A stretch of DNA of 64,000 nt from an uncultured Acidimicrobiia bacterium. GTDB lineage: Bacteria; Actinomycetota; Acidimicrobiia; Spongiisociales; UBA11373. Position 1 is the first letter of the stretch. Every line of letters begins with the position of its first letter. Positions 18,144 through 27,478 of the stretch are shown in pieces. The stretch covers positions 10,374-74,373 of the forward strand of contig CAYGYX010000004.1 in assembly GCA_964354255.1 (NCBI GenBank), read 5' to 3'. A program made the translations under genes and the position numbers. The notes beneath the pieces are model-generated. The model was not told the DNA's origin, made no database searches, and saw nothing but the letters and a program-made list of their open reading frames with translations.

Positions 18144-21100
18144 TCAGCGCATGATGGCCGTCGGCCCGAGTAGCTCCCGCAGCTCGGCGTAGAGGGCGGT
18201 CCGCGGCTCCACCCGGTGCTCGTCGCCCAGGCGCACCACGGTCTCCTGCTCCCCGGTCAGGTGCAGGTAGACCGGGGCAACCCCGGGGTGGTTGGCCAGG
18301 ACGCCGCGCAGTCGTCCGGCCAGATCGCGCGACATCCTGGTCGCCGGCACCTGCAGGCGCACAGCCGGCCCGCTGGAGAGATCGGGCTCGGCCAGCGACT
18401 GGGCCACCAGCTTGACGCCGTCGCCCCGCTGGTCCACCCGTCCGGCTACCACCAGCACGGCATCGGGGCGAACCCGGTGGCCGTGCTCGGCGGTGGTGCG
18501 CGGGAAACAGACCACTTCCACGCTCCCCTCGAGGTCCTCCAGTTGGAAGATGAGCATGAGCTCGCCGTTGCGGGTGTAACGCCGGCTCACCCCCGCCACG
18601 ATCCCCCCGACCGTGACCGCCGCCCCGTCCTTCTCGTCGGCGAGGGCGGCGATGGAGGTCGTAGCCGCCGCCCGCAACGCCGCTTCCACCCCGAACAGGG
18701 GATGGTCGGAGACGTAGAGGCCGAGCATCTCCTTCTCGAAGGAGAGCAGCGCGGGCTTGTCCCACTCGGTCGCCGGCACGGCCACCGATTCCGCCTGCAG
18801 GAACGGCTCTTCCGCACCGAACAACGAGTACTGGCCCATGTCCTCGGCCCGGCGCCGCGCCACCGCCGCATCGATCACCTGCTCGTGCACCGTCAACAGG
18901 CCCTTGCGGGGAGCGCCGGTGGCGTCGAAACCCCCCGCTTTGATCAGCGACTCCACGGTGCGCTTGTTGAGAACCATGGTGTCGACCCGCCGGGCGAAGT
19001 CGGTGAAGTCGGCAAAGGGCCCGTGGCGCTGCCGCTCGCGGGCGATGAGCTCGACCACCCCTTCCCCTACGTTGCGCACCGCCGACAAGCCGAAGAGCAC
19101 GACCCCATTGCGGGCGGCGAAATCCGACTCGGAGCGATTCACGTCGGGGACGAGCACCCGCACGCCCATCGTCCGGCACTCGTTGAGGTAAACGGCGGTG
19201 CGTTCCTTGTCACGCTTGGCGGAGGTGAGCAGGGCGGCCATGTACTCGGCCGGGTGGTGCGCCTTGAGCCAGGCCGTCTGGTAGGCGATCAGGGCGTAGC
19301 CGGCCGCGTGCGACTTGTTGAACCCGTACCCGGCAAAATGGGAGATATCGGCGAACAGTCGGCTGGCCAGGGCCGGGGGGTGGCCCTTGGAGGCACAGCC
19401 CTGCACGAACTGCTCCTCCTGGCGGGCCATGACCACCGGGATCTTCTTGCCCATGGCCTTGCGCAGCGTGTCGGCCTCAACCATGGAGTACCCGGCCATG
19501 ATCTCGGCCGCCTGCATGACCTGCTCCTGGTACACCATGATCCCGTAGGTCTCGGCCAGGACGCCGGACAGGTCAGGATGCGGGTACTCCACCGGCGCCC
19601 GCCCGTTCTTGCGGTCGGCGTACAGGTTGTGGGTGCCGGCCCCCAGCGGCCCGGGACGGTAGAGGGAGACCAGGGCGATGATGTCCTCGAAGCGGTCGGG
19701 ACGAAGGCTGCGCATCAGCGCCCGCATCCCGCTCCCCTCCAGCTGGAAGACGCCCATGGAGTCGCCCCGGGAGAGCATGGCGTAGACCTCGGGGTCGTCC
19801 AGGGGCACCCGGTCGATGTCGGGGCGCTCCCCGGTGTTCTCGGCGATCAGCTCCAGCGCTCGCTCGATGGTGGACAGGTTGCGCAGCCCCAGGAAGTCCA
19901 TCTTGAGCAGACCCAGCTCCTCGATGGCGTGCATCTCGTACTGGGTGACGACCTCGGCCCCCTCGCCCTTCTGCTGGACGGGGACGATCTCGGTGAGGGG
20001 CTGCGGGGAGATGACCACCGCCGCGGCGTGGATGGAATCCTGGCGGCGCAAGCCCTCGAGGCCGCGGGCCGTGTCGATGACCCGCCGCGCATCGGGATCG
20101 CCGGCGTGCATGTCCCGCAGCCCGGCGGCGTTGGCGTAGAAGTCCCGCACAATCTGCTCGGCCCCCTCCGCCGGGGCCTCCAGGGCCTGGACCAGGGTGG
20201 CCTCCCGGCCCAGGATGGCCGGCGGCATCGCCTTGGCCACCCGGTCCCCGACCGCGTAGGGCAGCCCGAGCACCCGGGCGGAATCGCGCAGGGCCTGGCG
20301 GCCCTTGATGGTGGAGAAGGTGACGATCTGGGCGACGTGGTCCGAGCCGTAGCGCTCGGACACGTAGCGGATCATCTCCCCCCGGTACCGCTCGTCGAAG
20401 TCCATGTCGATGTCGGGCAACTGTCGGCGGCCGGGGTTGAGGAAGCGCTCGAAGATCAGGCCGTAGCGGAGGGGATCCAGGTCGGTGATACGCAGCGCAT
20501 AGGACACGATGGAGCCGGCGGCGCTCCCCCGGCCGGGACCGGTGCGAATGCCCTGCTCCCGCGCGTAGCGCATGAGGTCCCAGACGATCAGGAAGTAGGC
20601 GGGGAAGCCCATCTCCTCGATGACCCGCAGCTCGTACTCGAGCCTCTCCCGCACCTCCGGCGGCAGGATCTCGCCGTAGCGCTCCCGGGCCCCCGCCTCG
20701 GCCAACCGCCGCAGGTAGGAGGTCTCGCTGTAGCCCGAGGGCACCGGGAAGTGCGGCAGCAGGATGCGCCCGAACTCCATCTTCTGCTCGGCCCGCTCGG
20801 CGATGGCCAATGTGTTGTCGCAGGCGCCGGGGAACTCGTCGTCGGGGAAGAGCGCCCGCATCTCCCGGGCCGACTTCACCCAGTAGCCCTCGCCGTGGAA
20901 GCGGAACCGCTTCTGGTCGGCCATCTGCGCGCCGGTCTGGATGCAGAGGAGCACGTCGTGGTTCTCCGCCTCCTCCCGTCGCGTGTAGTGGCAGTCGTTG
21001 GTAGCCAGCAACGGCGCCCCGACCTCCCGGGCGATGGCCAGCAGATCGGGCAGCACCCGCTGCTGGGCCGGCACCCCGTGATCCATGACCTCGACGAAGT

Positions 21101-21653
21101 AGTTGTCCTTCCCGAAGATGTCCTGGTACATCCCGGCCGCGGCCACCGCCGCCCGGAAGTCGCGGGCCACCCCGACGTTGCCCTCCTCGTCGTAGGCATC
21201 GGGGGCGAGCAGCTGGGGCACGTGGCCCCCGAGGCAGCCGGTCGTGCCGATGAGCCCGGCGGCGTGCTCGGCGAGCAGCTCCCTATCCAGGCGGGGCTTG
21301 TAGTAGAAGCCCTCCAGGAAGGCCCGGCTGGCCAGCTTGACCAGGTTGTGATACCCGGTGTCGTTCACCGCCAGCAGGGTGATGTGGTAGCGCAGATCCT
21401 CGCGGCGCGAGGGGCGATCGAAGCGGGAACCGGGGGTCAGGTAGCCCTCTATGCCGATGATCGGCTTGATCCCGGCCGCGGTCGCCGCCTTGTAGAAGTC
21501 CACGGCCCCGTAGAGCACCCCGTGGTCGGTGATGGCGGCCGCCGGCTGGCCGTCGGCGGCCACCGCCGCCACTACCTCCTCGACACGGCCGGCCCCGTCG
21601 AGCATCGAGTACTCGGTGTGGAGATGCAGGTGAACGAAGCCCGGCTGGTGCAC
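18144..21653 (-). CDS. dnaE: DNA polymerase III alpha subunit
   Basis: PHP domain start MHQPGFVHLHLHTEYSMLDGA. 1169 aa. Polymerase core blocks (FNKSHAAGYALIAYQTAWLKAHHP). OB-fold C-terminus. Confidence 0.95.
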   Translation of the reverse strand: MHQPGFVHLHLHTEYSMLDGAGRVEEVVAAVAADGQPAAAITDHGVLYGAVDFYKAATAAGIKPIIGIEGYLTPGSRFDRPSRREDLRYHITLLAVNDTGYHNLVKLASRAFLEGFYYKPRLDRELLAEHAAGLIGTTGCLGGHVPQLLAPDAYDEEGNVGVARDFRAAVAAAGMYQDIFGKDNYFVEVMDHGVPAQQRVLPDLLAIAREVGAPLLATNDCHYTRREEAENHDVLLCIQTGAQMADQKRFRFHGEGYWVKSAREMRALFPDDEFPGACDNTLAIAERAEQKMEFGRILLPHFPVPSGYSETSYLRRLAEAGARERYGEILPPEVRERLEYELRVIEEMGFPAYFLIVWDLMRYAREQGIRTGPGRGSAAGSIVSYALRITDLDPLRYGLIFERFLNPGRRQLPDIDMDFDERYRGEMIRYVSERYGSDHVAQIVTFSTIKGRQALRDSARVLGLPYAVGDRVAKAMPPAILGREATLVQALEAPAEGAEQIVRDFYANAAGLRDMHAGDPDARRVIDTARGLEGLRRQDSIHAAAVVISPQPLTEIVPVQQKGEGAEVVTQYEMHAIEELGLLKMDFLGLRNLSTIERALELIAENTGERPDIDRVPLDDPEVYAMLSRGDSMGVFQLEGSGMRALMRSLRPDRFEDIIALVSLYRPGPLGAGTHNLYADRKNGRAPVEYPHPDLSGVLAETYGIMVYQEQVMQAAEIMAGYSMVEADTLRKAMGKKIPVVMARQEEQFVQGCASKGHPPALASRLFADISHFAGYGFNKSHAAGYALIAYQTAWLKAHHPAEYMAALLTSAKRDKERTAVYLNECRTMGVRVLVPDVNRSESDFAARNGVVLFGLSAVRNVGEGVVELIARERQRHGPFADFTDFARRVDTMVLNKRTVESLIKAGGFDATGAPRKGLLTVHEQVIDAAVARRRAEDMGQYSLFGAEEPFLQAESVAVPATEWDKPALLSFEKEMLGLYVSDHPLFGVEAALRAAATTSIAALADEKDGAAVTVGGIVAGVSRRYTRNGELMLIFQLEDLEGSVEVVCFPRTTAEHGHRVRPDAVLVVAGRVDQRGDGVKLVAQSLAEPDLSSGPAVRLQVPATRMSRDLAGRLRGVLANHPGVAPVYLHLTGEQETVVRLGDEHRVEPRTALYAELRELLGPTAIMR

Positions 21654-21790
21654 TCGGGTCCCCGAACTACAGAGGTGTAAGAGCCCGGCCGCACCTTACC
21701 ACCGGCACCGGAGCCCCGTCCCACCCGGGGCTGCCCCGGGTTCCCCTAAAATCCCTCGCCGTAGGCGACCACCTGACCCTGGGGGACCCC

Positions 21791-22705
21791 ATGAATCTCG
21801 GTTACGACGGGAAGCTGTTCATCCTGGCCTTCGACCATCGGGGCAGCTTCCGCAAGAAGATGTTCGGCATCAGCGGGCGGGAGGCCACCGCCGAGGAGCA
21901 AGCCCGCCTCAACGACGCCAAGCTCCTGGTATGGGAAGGCTTCCGGGCGGCTCTCGCGGCCGGGGTCCCCACCGCCGCCGCCGGCGTGCTGGTCGACGAG
22001 GAGATGGGGGCCGAGGTGGCCCGGTTCGCCACCGCCGCCGGGGTGCTCCTGGCCATGCCGGTAGAGAGGTCCGGCGAGGATGTCTTCGACTTCGAGTTCG
22101 GCGACGACTTCGGGGCCCACATCGAGTCCTTCAACCCCGACTTCGCCAAGGTCCTCGTGCGCTGGAACCCCGACGACGACCCCGCCATCAAGCAGGAGCA
22201 GGGCGAGCGGCTGCGCCGCCTCGGCGACTGGCTGCACACCCGGGGCCGCAAGTACCTCTTCGAGCTGCTGGTGCCCGCCAGCCAGCGTCAGCTGGCCCTG
22301 GTGGGTGGGAACGGGGCCGACTACGACGCCCATCTCCGCCCCGGCCTCATGCTGGAGGTCATCTACGAGATCCAGGAGGCGGGGATCGAGCCCGACGTCT
22401 GGAAGATCGAGGGCATTGACGCTCGCGAGGACTGCGAGCTGATCTCCCGCCTCGTCCGCCGCGACGGGCGCGACGGCGTCAAGGCGGTGGTGCTGGGACG
22501 GGGCGCCGACGAGGCCAAGGTCGAGCACTGGGTGCGCACAGGGGCGGCCGTGCCCGGCTACGTCGGGTTTGCGATCGGCCGCACCATCTGGTGGGACGGA
22601 GTGCAGGGCTGGAAGGACGGCACTCTGAATCGGCCGCAGGCGGTGGAGGCCATCGCCGCCGCCTACCGGCACTTCGTGGACGTCTACCAACAGGCGGCGC
22701 GCTAG
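21791..22705 (+). CDS. class I aldolase, tagatose-1,6-bisphosphate aldolase LacD-like (DUF2090-type)
   Basis: Collinear with LacD. ILAFDHRGSF matches LacD ALAFDQRGAL. KYLFELLVP matches IPFFLEVLTYD. DVWKIEGI matches DVLKVEVP (region of the Schiff-base Lys). Confidence 0.7.
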   Translation: MNLGYDGKLFILAFDHRGSFRKKMFGISGREATAEEQARLNDAKLLVWEGFRAALAAGVPTAAAGVLVDEEMGAEVARFATAAGVLLAMPVERSGEDVFDFEFGDDFGAHIESFNPDFAKVLVRWNPDDDPAIKQEQGERLRRLGDWLHTRGRKYLFELLVPASQRQLALVGGNGADYDAHLRPGLMLEVIYEIQEAGIEPDVWKIEGIDAREDCELISRLVRRDGRDGVKAVVLGRGADEAKVEHWVRTGAAVPGYVGFAIGRTIWWDGVQGWKDGTLNRPQAVEAIAAAYRHFVDVYQQAAR

Positions 22706-22732
22706 CGCCCGCCCGGCGTTGAGGAGGCGGCA

Positions 22733-23881
22733 GTGAAGATCGGGATCCTGACCGGCGGAGGCGACGTCCCCGGCCTCAACCCCTGCATCAAGGCGGTCGT
22801 CCTTCGGGCGGCGGAGCAGGGTCATCAGGTGGTCGGCATCCGCCACGGGTGGGGCGGGCTGCTCGACGCCAATCCGGACGACCCCCAGGCGATGGCAGAG
22901 AACCTGGTGCCGCTCGACCCGGCGGCGGTACGCACCATCGACCGCAGCGGCGGCACGGTGCTGCACACCTCCCGCACCAACCCCGGCCGGGTGGGTGCCA
23001 AGAGCGTGCCCGCGTTCCTCGCCGCCGAGGCCGTCGGGGAAGCTCCCTTCGATTTCACCCCGCACGTGTTGCGGCTGCTGGAATCGCAGGGCATCGAGGT
23101 GGTCATCCCCATCGGCGGCGACGACACCCTCTCCTACGCCTTGCGCCTCCACGACGAGGGGGTGAAGGTCATCGCCATCCCCAAGACCATGGACAACGAC
23201 GTCCACGGCACCGACTACTGCATCGGCTTCTCCACGGCGGTGACCCGCGGGGTGCAGTTCGTCCACAACTTGCGCACCGCCACCGGCTCGCACGAGCGGA
23301 TCGCCGTGGTCGAGTTGTTCGGTCGCTACAGCGGGGAGACCTGCCTGGTCACCAGCTACCTGGCCGGGATCGATCGCGCGGTCATCTCGGAGGTGCCGGT
23401 GGACATCCACCGGCTGGCCGCGCTGTTGATGGCCGACAAGGCGGCCAACCCGAGCAACTACGCCATGCTGGCCATCTCCGAAGGGGCGGTGATCGAAGGC
23501 GGTGAGATGTTCCTCAGCGGGGAAGAGGATGCCTACGGCCACCGCAAGCTGGGCGGGGTGGGAGCGCAGGCCGGCGACATGATCCGGCAGATCACCGGGC
23601 AGGGCATCATCCTCCAACAGGTCGCCTACCTGATGCGGTCGGGCAGCCCCGACTCGCTGGACCTCATGGTCGCCACCAACTACGCCATCATGGCCGCCGA
23701 CCTGGCAGTCGAGGGCCGCTCCGGGCGCATGGTGGCGCTGCGCGGCGGCACCTACACCAACGTGCCCATCTCGGTGACCCGCGAAGGAGTCAAGCGAGTC
23801 GACGTCGACGAGCTGTACGACGTCACCGAATACCGACCCAAGGTGCGCCACGTGGGCGGCAAGCCCATGTTCCTCTACTGA
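22733..23881 (+). CDS. PfkA-family 6-phosphofructokinase, PPi-dependent-type signatures
   Basis: [19 protein letters not shown] (Asp at the position that is Gly in ATP-PFKs). PKTMDNDV (Lys at the position that is Gly in ATP-PFKs). MGR-like substrate loop. Confidence 0.8.
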   Translation: MKIGILTGGGDVPGLNPCIKAVVLRAAEQGHQVVGIRHGWGGLLDANPDDPQAMAENLVPLDPAAVRTIDRSGGTVLHTSRTNPGRVGAKSVPAFLAAEAVGEAPFDFTPHVLRLLESQGIEVVIPIGGDDTLSYALRLHDEGVKVIAIPKTMDNDVHGTDYCIGFSTAVTRGVQFVHNLRTATGSHERIAVVELFGRYSGETCLVTSYLAGIDRAVISEVPVDIHRLAALLMADKAANPSNYAMLAISEGAVIEGGEMFLSGEEDAYGHRKLGGVGAQAGDMIRQITGQGIILQQVAYLMRSGSPDSLDLMVATNYAIMAADLAVEGRSGRMVALRGGTYTNVPISVTREGVKRVDVDELYDVTEYRPKVRHVGGKPMFLY

Positions 23882-23985
23882 GAGGGCGCGGCCACGGGCT
23901 CGTCGCGGGACCAGCGTGCGGTGCGGGCCCGAGCCGGGGTGTGATAATCCCCCAGAACTAGCGAAACCTGCTCTGAGGAGGCGCC

Positions 23986-25005
23986 ATGGCCGTTATCGGC
24001 GTGCTCACGGCCGGGGGCGACTGCCCCGGGCTCAACGCGGTGATCCGGGGAGTCACCGCCCGCGCCCTGTACCGGGGGGACTCGGAAGTGGTGGGCATCC
24101 TCCACGGCTGGGAAGGCCTCATGGAGGGGGAGACGATGCCGCTGGACCGCCATGCGGTGCGGGGCATCCTCGGGCGGGGAGGGACCATCCTCGGCACTTC
24201 CCGCAAGGACCCCTATGTGCACGGCGACGGCTACCACAGCATACGGCGCACCGTGGAAGCCAACGACCTCGACGTGGTGGTGGTCATCGGCGGCGACGGC
24301 ACCCTGAAGACGGCCCTCCGCCTCGCCGACGAGGGCCTGCCGGTGGTCGGGGTCCCCAAGACCATAGACAACGACATCGCCGCCACCGACTTCACCTTCG
24401 GCTTCGACACCGCCGTGCAGATCGCCACCGACGCCATCGACCGCCTCACCACCACCGCCGAGTCGCACAATCGGGTGATCCTGGTGGAGGTCATGGGTCG
24501 GACCAAGGGCTGGATCGCCACCTACGCCGGCTTGGCCGGGGGCGCCGATGCCATCCTGATCCCCGAGGTCCCCGTCCCCCTCGAGGAAGTGGCCACCATC
24601 CTCCGCCGCCGCCATCGCCACGGCCACGCCTACTCGATCGTGGTGGTGGCCGAGGGCATTGAGCCGCCGGTCAAGACCAAGCGACCGAAGGACATCTTCG
24701 GATTCGAGCGGCTCGGCGGGGTCGCCTACCAGATCGCCCCCATCCTCGAGAAGCTGACGGGCTTCGAGACCCGGGTGACCGTGCTCGGCCACCTCCAGCG
24801 GGGGGGCACCCCCACCGCCTTCGACCGCGTCCTGGCCACCCGCCTGGGGGCCGCCGCCGCCGACCTGGCGGCCGAGGGCCGACATCGGGTCATGGTCGCC
24901 ATGCGGGGCAGCCGGATTGTCGACGTGCCGCTCGACGAGGGTTGCGCCGAAGCACGCGGGGTCGACCCGGAGCTCTTCGCCATCGCCCGGTCGTTCTTCG
25001 GGTAG
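23986..25005 (+). CDS. pfkA: PfkA-family 6-phosphofructokinase (second paralog)
   Basis: GVLTAGGDCPGLNAVIRG. IGGDGTLKTA. VPKTIDNDI. VMGRTKGWIA. HLQRGG. Confidence 0.85.
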   Translation: MAVIGVLTAGGDCPGLNAVIRGVTARALYRGDSEVVGILHGWEGLMEGETMPLDRHAVRGILGRGGTILGTSRKDPYVHGDGYHSIRRTVEANDLDVVVVIGGDGTLKTALRLADEGLPVVGVPKTIDNDIAATDFTFGFDTAVQIATDAIDRLTTTAESHNRVILVEVMGRTKGWIATYAGLAGGADAILIPEVPVPLEEVATILRRRHRHGHAYSIVVVAEGIEPPVKTKRPKDIFGFERLGGVAYQIAPILEKLTGFETRVTVLGHLQRGGTPTAFDRVLATRLGAAAADLAAEGRHRVMVAMRGSRIVDVPLDEGCAEARGVDPELFAIARSFFG

Positions 25006-25044
25006 CGAGCCCCCGGCCCTCTCCGCGCCCCGGCGTCCGCCGGT

Positions 25045-25971
25045 TCAGGTCCCCGGTCCCTCGAGTGCCGGCTCCCCCAGCCGGCCCACTGCCGCCTCGA
25101 GGTCGGGGGGAAGGGGCGACTCCACCTCGACCAGCTCACCGGTGATGGGATGGGTGAAGCGGAGGCGGGCAGCGTGGAGGAACTGCCGGGGGGCGAGCCC
25201 GTCCCGGTGGCCGTAGACGGGGTCGGCCACCACCGGGTGCCCTATCGAGGCGAGGTGCACCCTGATCTGGTGGGTGCGCCCCGTCTCGAGAGTGACCTCG
25301 AGAAGCGCCAGCCGAGCGGCCGGCCAGCGGGCCAGGCATCGGTAGTGAGTGCGGGCCGAGCGCCCGGCGGGCTCGACCTGCACCAGGCCGTGCCGGCGTG
25401 AGTGCCGCCCGAGCGGGGCATCGATGGTGCCGGTAGCCGCGTCGGGCTCACCGTGCACCAGGGCCAGATAGGTCCGCTCCACCAGGTGCCGGGCGATGGC
25501 CCGCCGCAGGGCAGCCCAGGCGTCGGCGGTCAGCGCCACCGCCAGGAGGCCCGAGGTATCCCGATCGAGCCGGTGCACGATCCCCCAGCGGCCCTCCTCC
25601 CCCACCCCCCGGACCTGCGGCCATCGCTGCAGTATGCCCCCCGCCAGGGTGCCCGGGCCGCGTCCGGCGCCGGGGTGGACGACCACCCCGGCGGGCTTGT
25701 CGACCACCGCCAGGTGCGCGTCCTCGTAGCGCACCCCGAAGGGGATCTCCTCGGGCGCCAGCATGGGCGCCGGTCCCGGCAGCTCGACCGTCACCACCTG
25801 GCCCACCGCCAATGCGCGGCGCGGCGACAGGGGGACACCGTCGAGAGTGGCCGCCCCTTCCTCCAGCAGGCGCCGGGACAGCGAGCGGCTCACCCCGGCC
25901 AGCACGCCGACCACCTTGTCGGCGCGTCCGCCGGCCAGGTCCGGGGGGACCTCAAGACGCCGGGTCGGCAT
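25045..25971 (-). CDS. rluD: RluA-family 23S rRNA pseudouridine synthase (RluD-like)
   Basis: S4 domain N-terminus. HRLDRDTSGLL catalytic Asp motif. TGRTHQIRVHLA. Overlaps the lspA 3' end, in the conserved lspA-rluD arrangement. Confidence 0.9.
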   Translation of the reverse strand: MPTRRLEVPPDLAGGRADKVVGVLAGVSRSLSRRLLEEGAATLDGVPLSPRRALAVGQVVTVELPGPAPMLAPEEIPFGVRYEDAHLAVVDKPAGVVVHPGAGRGPGTLAGGILQRWPQVRGVGEEGRWGIVHRLDRDTSGLLAVALTADAWAALRRAIARHLVERTYLALVHGEPDAATGTIDAPLGRHSRRHGLVQVEPAGRSARTHYRCLARWPAARLALLEVTLETGRTHQIRVHLASIGHPVVADPVYGHRDGLAPRQFLHAARLRFTHPITGELVEVESPLPPDLEAAVGRLGEPALEGPGT

Positions 25972-26437
25972 CGCCCCGGTTCTCCCGGGACAGCACGAAA
26001 GCGGCCAGCAGGGCGAGGGCGGCCCCCACCGTGATGGCGCTGTCGGCCACGTTGAAGGCGGGGAAGTACTCGAAGTCGACGAAGTCCACCACCCGGCCGT
26101 CGAGCAGCCCCGGTCCCCGGAAGAGGCGGTCGCCCAGGTTGCCCAGGGCCCCGCCCAGCACCAGGCCCATGGCCACCGCTTCGAGCCGTCCCGGCAGGCG
26201 ATGCACCACCAACACGATGAGCACCACGGCGGCGACGGCTCCCAGGGCGATGAAGGACCCCGCCCCAGGCAGCAGCCCGAAGGCGGCCCCGGGATTGGTC
26301 ACGTAGCGCAGGAAGAGCACCCCCGGTATGAGCTCGATGGGGTTGCCCGGCAGCGTGCTCACCGCCCACCATTTGGTCAGCTGGTCGGCGGCGATCACCG
26401 CGACGGCGACGAGCAGGGGCAGGCGGCGCGAGGTCAC
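25952..26437 (-). CDS. lspA: lipoprotein signal peptidase II
   Basis: ADQLTKWWA, FLRYVTNPGAAFG, NLGDRL, FNVADSAI blocks. GTG start overlaps the upstream stop as GTGA. Confidence 0.85.
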   Translation of the reverse strand: MTSRRLPLLVAVAVIAADQLTKWWAVSTLPGNPIELIPGVLFLRYVTNPGAAFGLLPGAGSFIALGAVAAVVLIVLVVHRLPGRLEAVAMGLVLGGALGNLGDRLFRGPGLLDGRVVDFVDFEYFPAFNVADSAITVGAALALLAAFVLSRENRGDADPAS

Positions 26438-26808
26438 CGGTGGTTGGCGGCGCAGTTGACGCAGAACCTGGTGTGCGGCAGGGCGTCGAGGCGGGCCACC
26501 GGGATCCCCTTGCCGCAACCTTCACAGATGCCGTAGACCCCGCCCCCGAGACGGCCCAGGGCTCCGTCGACCTGGGCGAGCAGATCGCCGGCGTTGCGAG
26601 CCAGCGAGAGCTCCTTTTCCATTTCGAAGGCCAACGATCCGCCCTCGGCGGTGTTGGGGTCGGGGCTGCGCTCGGAGGAAGTCTCGGTGAGCCGCACCTC
26701 CTCCCGCTGCGCCTCGATCTCCTCGATCACCGTGAGCAAACGACGACGCTCTTCTTCGAGCCGGCGGCGGAAGCGATCGAGGGTCGACTGGGCCAGTATT
26801 CGTGCCAC
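26434..26808 (-). CDS. TraR/DksA-family zinc-finger protein
   Basis: C-terminal CEGCGKGIPVARLDALPHTRFCVNC (C4 zinc finger) with a coiled-coil N-terminal half. GTG start 4 nt after AGGAGG. Confidence 0.8.
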   Translation of the reverse strand: MARILAQSTLDRFRRRLEEERRRLLTVIEEIEAQREEVRLTETSSERSPDPNTAEGGSLAFEMEKELSLARNAGDLLAQVDGALGRLGGGVYGICEGCGKGIPVARLDALPHTRFCVNCAANHR

Positions 26809-26851
26809 GGGACCTCCTGGGACGGGGGAGGCTAGCACGGCCCGGCCCGCT

Positions 26852-27169
26852 TCACGGGGCGTCGGGCGGGCAGGCCAGCAGGCCCGCGAGGCGCTCCGCG
26901 GCGGTGCCGCTCGTCACCCCGGTCACGAGCACCTGCTTGCGTCTCGAGGCGGCCCCGGCGACCACCTCCGCCCGGCCGCCGCCGAGGGCGCGGGCGATGA
27001 GGTCGGCCGCTGCCCGGTTCGCCTTCCCCCCCTCGGCCGGGGCGCTCACCCGCACCCGCAGCGCCCCGTCGTGGAGGCCCACGATCTCCGAGCGCGCCGC
27101 TCCGGGCACGACCCACGCCTCGACCACGACCCCGTCCGGGTGAGCGCGCAGCGGCAGGCCGGCAGCCAT
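26852..27169 (-). CDS. yggU: DUF167 (YggU/UPF0235) family protein
   Basis: LRVRVSAPAEGGKANRAAADLIARALG.....V..G..SR.K.V matches the DUF167 signature (KAN, SR.K). Confidence 0.75.
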   Translation of the reverse strand: MAAGLPLRAHPDGVVVEAWVVPGAARSEIVGLHDGALRVRVSAPAEGGKANRAAADLIARALGGGRAEVVAGAASRRKQVLVTGVTSGTAAERLAGLLACPPDAP

Positions 27170-27204
27170 CGGTCCGGATGGTACGGCGCGACCGCGCCGG
27201 CGGC

Positions 27205-27470
27205 AGTGCGGACTACCATCCCCGACCACGGCGCCGACGGGGACGCGCCGCCCGGACCGGGGCCCAGCGAGCCGGCAGATGGTGTGAGGCCGGTGCCTAC
27301 GGCCCGGAGCGGACATCACCCCCGAGCCGCGGGAAGAACGGGCCGCCCGGCCTCAGTAGAACCCGCCGGCACCCCTCCGAGATGGGGCCAACGAGCGGCC
27401 GTCCACCGGGACGGCAAGCCGGGTGGTACCGCGGGCTCCGCCCGTCCCGGCGGCAAGAGGTAGCCGACCG
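27205..27470 (+). promoter_or_regulatory. T-box riboswitch leader of ileS (Ile specifier)
   Basis: Conserved T-box sequence GGGTGGTACCGCGG at ~27421-27434 (UGGU would pair the tRNA ACCA end). Candidate specifier AUCA in GGACAUCACCCC at ~27313 within a short helix GGCCCG...CGGGCC. A downstream helix (CCGCGGG...CCCGGCGG) has no U-tract and is followed by SD GAGGA and the ileS ATG. Confidence 0.6.
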
Positions 27471-27478
27471 AGGACGCC

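Noticed and set aside
17773-19179. 468-aa minus-strand ORF overlapping dnaE
   Set aside because: Out-of-frame overlap with dnaE and Arg-rich composition. Only the 99 codons downstream of the dnaE stop were kept as a low-confidence small ORF.
25006-25044. Rho-independent terminator between convergent pfkA and rluD
   Set aside because: GC-rich, but I could not fold a convincing stem-loop with a U-tract.
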